A stretch of 64,000 nucleotides of DNA, from assembly GCA_000708835.1 (NCBI GenBank), contig DF236959.1, positions 357,728 through 421,727 on the forward strand, given 5' to 3'. How positions within the stretch are numbered: position 1 is the first letter of the stretch; each line of letters starts with the position of its first letter. The notes below the pieces were generated by a model that was given only the letters and a program-made list of their open reading frames with translations, ran no database searches and was not told the DNA's origin. Position numbers and translations under genes: made by a program. This document shows positions 62,685-64,000 of the stretch, piece after piece. The DNA comes from Klebsormidium nitens. Its lineage: Eukaryota > Plantae > Klebsormidiophyceae.

Positions 62685-62727
62685 ATTACTTGCAGCCATT
62701 GCTAGCGTCAGATTGGCTGCAAGTAAT
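62685..62727. repeat. Perfect 14-bp inverted repeat with a 15-nt spacer
   Basis: attacttgcagcca ... tggctgcaagtaat. Confidence 0.85.
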
Positions 62728-63906
62728 AAAGATTCTTCTGCTCAAACGTACGAAGTGAAGGATCGCGGATACTGCCCATACGCACTTGCATCAGCTGCCT
62801 GCTCATATTACCTGGCACGACCAGTCATCTAGCCTGTTTACTGTAAACTTATCTTCTTTCTGGATCTTACAACCTCCATACAAGCGCAGTGACTTCGCTT
62901 CATGCACCTGGGTAAGCAGGCGCGCAGCGAGAAGAGCAGCGTCTATCCAAGTAGAGTCAAATCTTGCAATCGAGTGACCACTTGAAGTCTTCACCTGTCG
63001 CCTCGTCTTACATGTAATCCAGACTTACAATCTCTGGCCCCTGATCTCGCACGTCCACTGGTTCTCGTTTGCAATGCCATGGACTCGGTCATTCTATCAC
63101 AAGATCTCGACGTCATTAAGATAATTCTCGATTACCTTTTGACAGCGCAGGAGACGGGTTAAGTCAAGGTCACAGACAAGGGTTGCAGCGTGCATTCAGG
63201 TTGAGTCCAGCCACGCAGTACTGCTCCTTCTTTCCCGGCTTTGTCGGAAGCTGCGTCACTTCGAACCATACAGTCGACTTTTCGTGTCCATCAAGCCTCT
63301 TTGAATGAGATGATCAGGCAATGGAAATGTGTCATTCGCTATTGCAAAGCCGATTGTAACGGTGCTTTTCAACGAAGTGTCTCTGTTGCGCCCGAAACTA
63401 GCATGCTCAACACGTACAGTTTTGCATTTTCAGAGACGACAATCGGAAGACTGCGCTTCCGTTACGCAGGAACGGATCATTCAAGCCTGTCGAGGTAATT
63501 GAAGCGCCCGCCTTCGACGTGCCAAGACTCGATATTTACTCCAGCGTCCTCAGTCCTAACGGCCTTCGAGGTCGTGAAGACGCTTTCAAAATCAGAGACA
63601 TCGAGATGAGAATTTCTCGTATTTGTGGTTTGACCCACTGTTCACAACGATGTGGGAGTCAGGAAGACCTCACGCCATTCGTACTAGCGTCCACTTTTGA
63701 TCAATTAAGGAGTTACGTCCATTCTCATGACTCGAACGTACAGAATGTAAGCCCGCCACATGCCTGATTGTAATTTCACTTGTCCAGAAGTCTTACTCTC
63801 GTTAGGGATCCGGCAAGGAACTCGACCGTTCTAGTTGGATTAGCAACTTCTTGACAGAGCCCATCGTCTTCTATTCTGTACTGTCAGATGTATCTACCTA
63901 AAGCAG

Positions 63907-64000
63907 TTAGTCTTTCACTTCCACCAGCATCCTGTCAAAGTCTGCAAGCAGCTTCTTGTCTAGGTTCTCAACCTCCGCCCCTTCTAGCTCCTTCTTCTTC
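63907..64000 (-). CDS. WW-membrane paralogue, copy 4 (C-terminus only; runs off the window)
   Basis: KKKELEGAEVENLDKKLLADFDRMLVEVKD*, homologous to the C-termini of copies 1 and 2. Confidence 0.8.
   Translation of the reverse strand, partial: KKKELEGAEVENLDKKLLADFDRMLVEVKD

Overview
Eukaryotic, intron-rich nuclear DNA with plant-type genes and GT-AG introns. The gene set and style suggest a streptophyte green alga such as Klebsormidium (inference, not proven). There is a 943-N assembly gap at 1015-1957. Hand-spliced genes are ARL1 (-), an FBF1-like coiled-coil protein (+), a divergent theta-like GST (+), an intronless F-box/LRR-like protein (+), D-cysteine desulfhydrase (-), a Pro/Gln-rich orphan (+), a 23-exon full-size ABCG/PDR transporter (-), a mitoribosomal mS38/DUF1713 protein (+) and an intronless At2g41040-like methyltransferase (+). 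The last 12 kb hold a cluster of 4 paralogues of an unrecognised membrane protein with an internal WW domain; the three copies visible in full each carry a frameshift. Four signals stand out. (1) Many introns carry diverged tandem 'echo' copies of the adjacent exon-intron junction, often at 130-170 bp periods, in four unrelated genes. (2) The last FBF1-like exon has an in-frame TAG in a readthrough context. (3) The WW-membrane family itself is unrecognised. (4) One of its copies appears split by the methyltransferase block. Exon coordinates were derived by eye from splice sites and phase, without transcript data.
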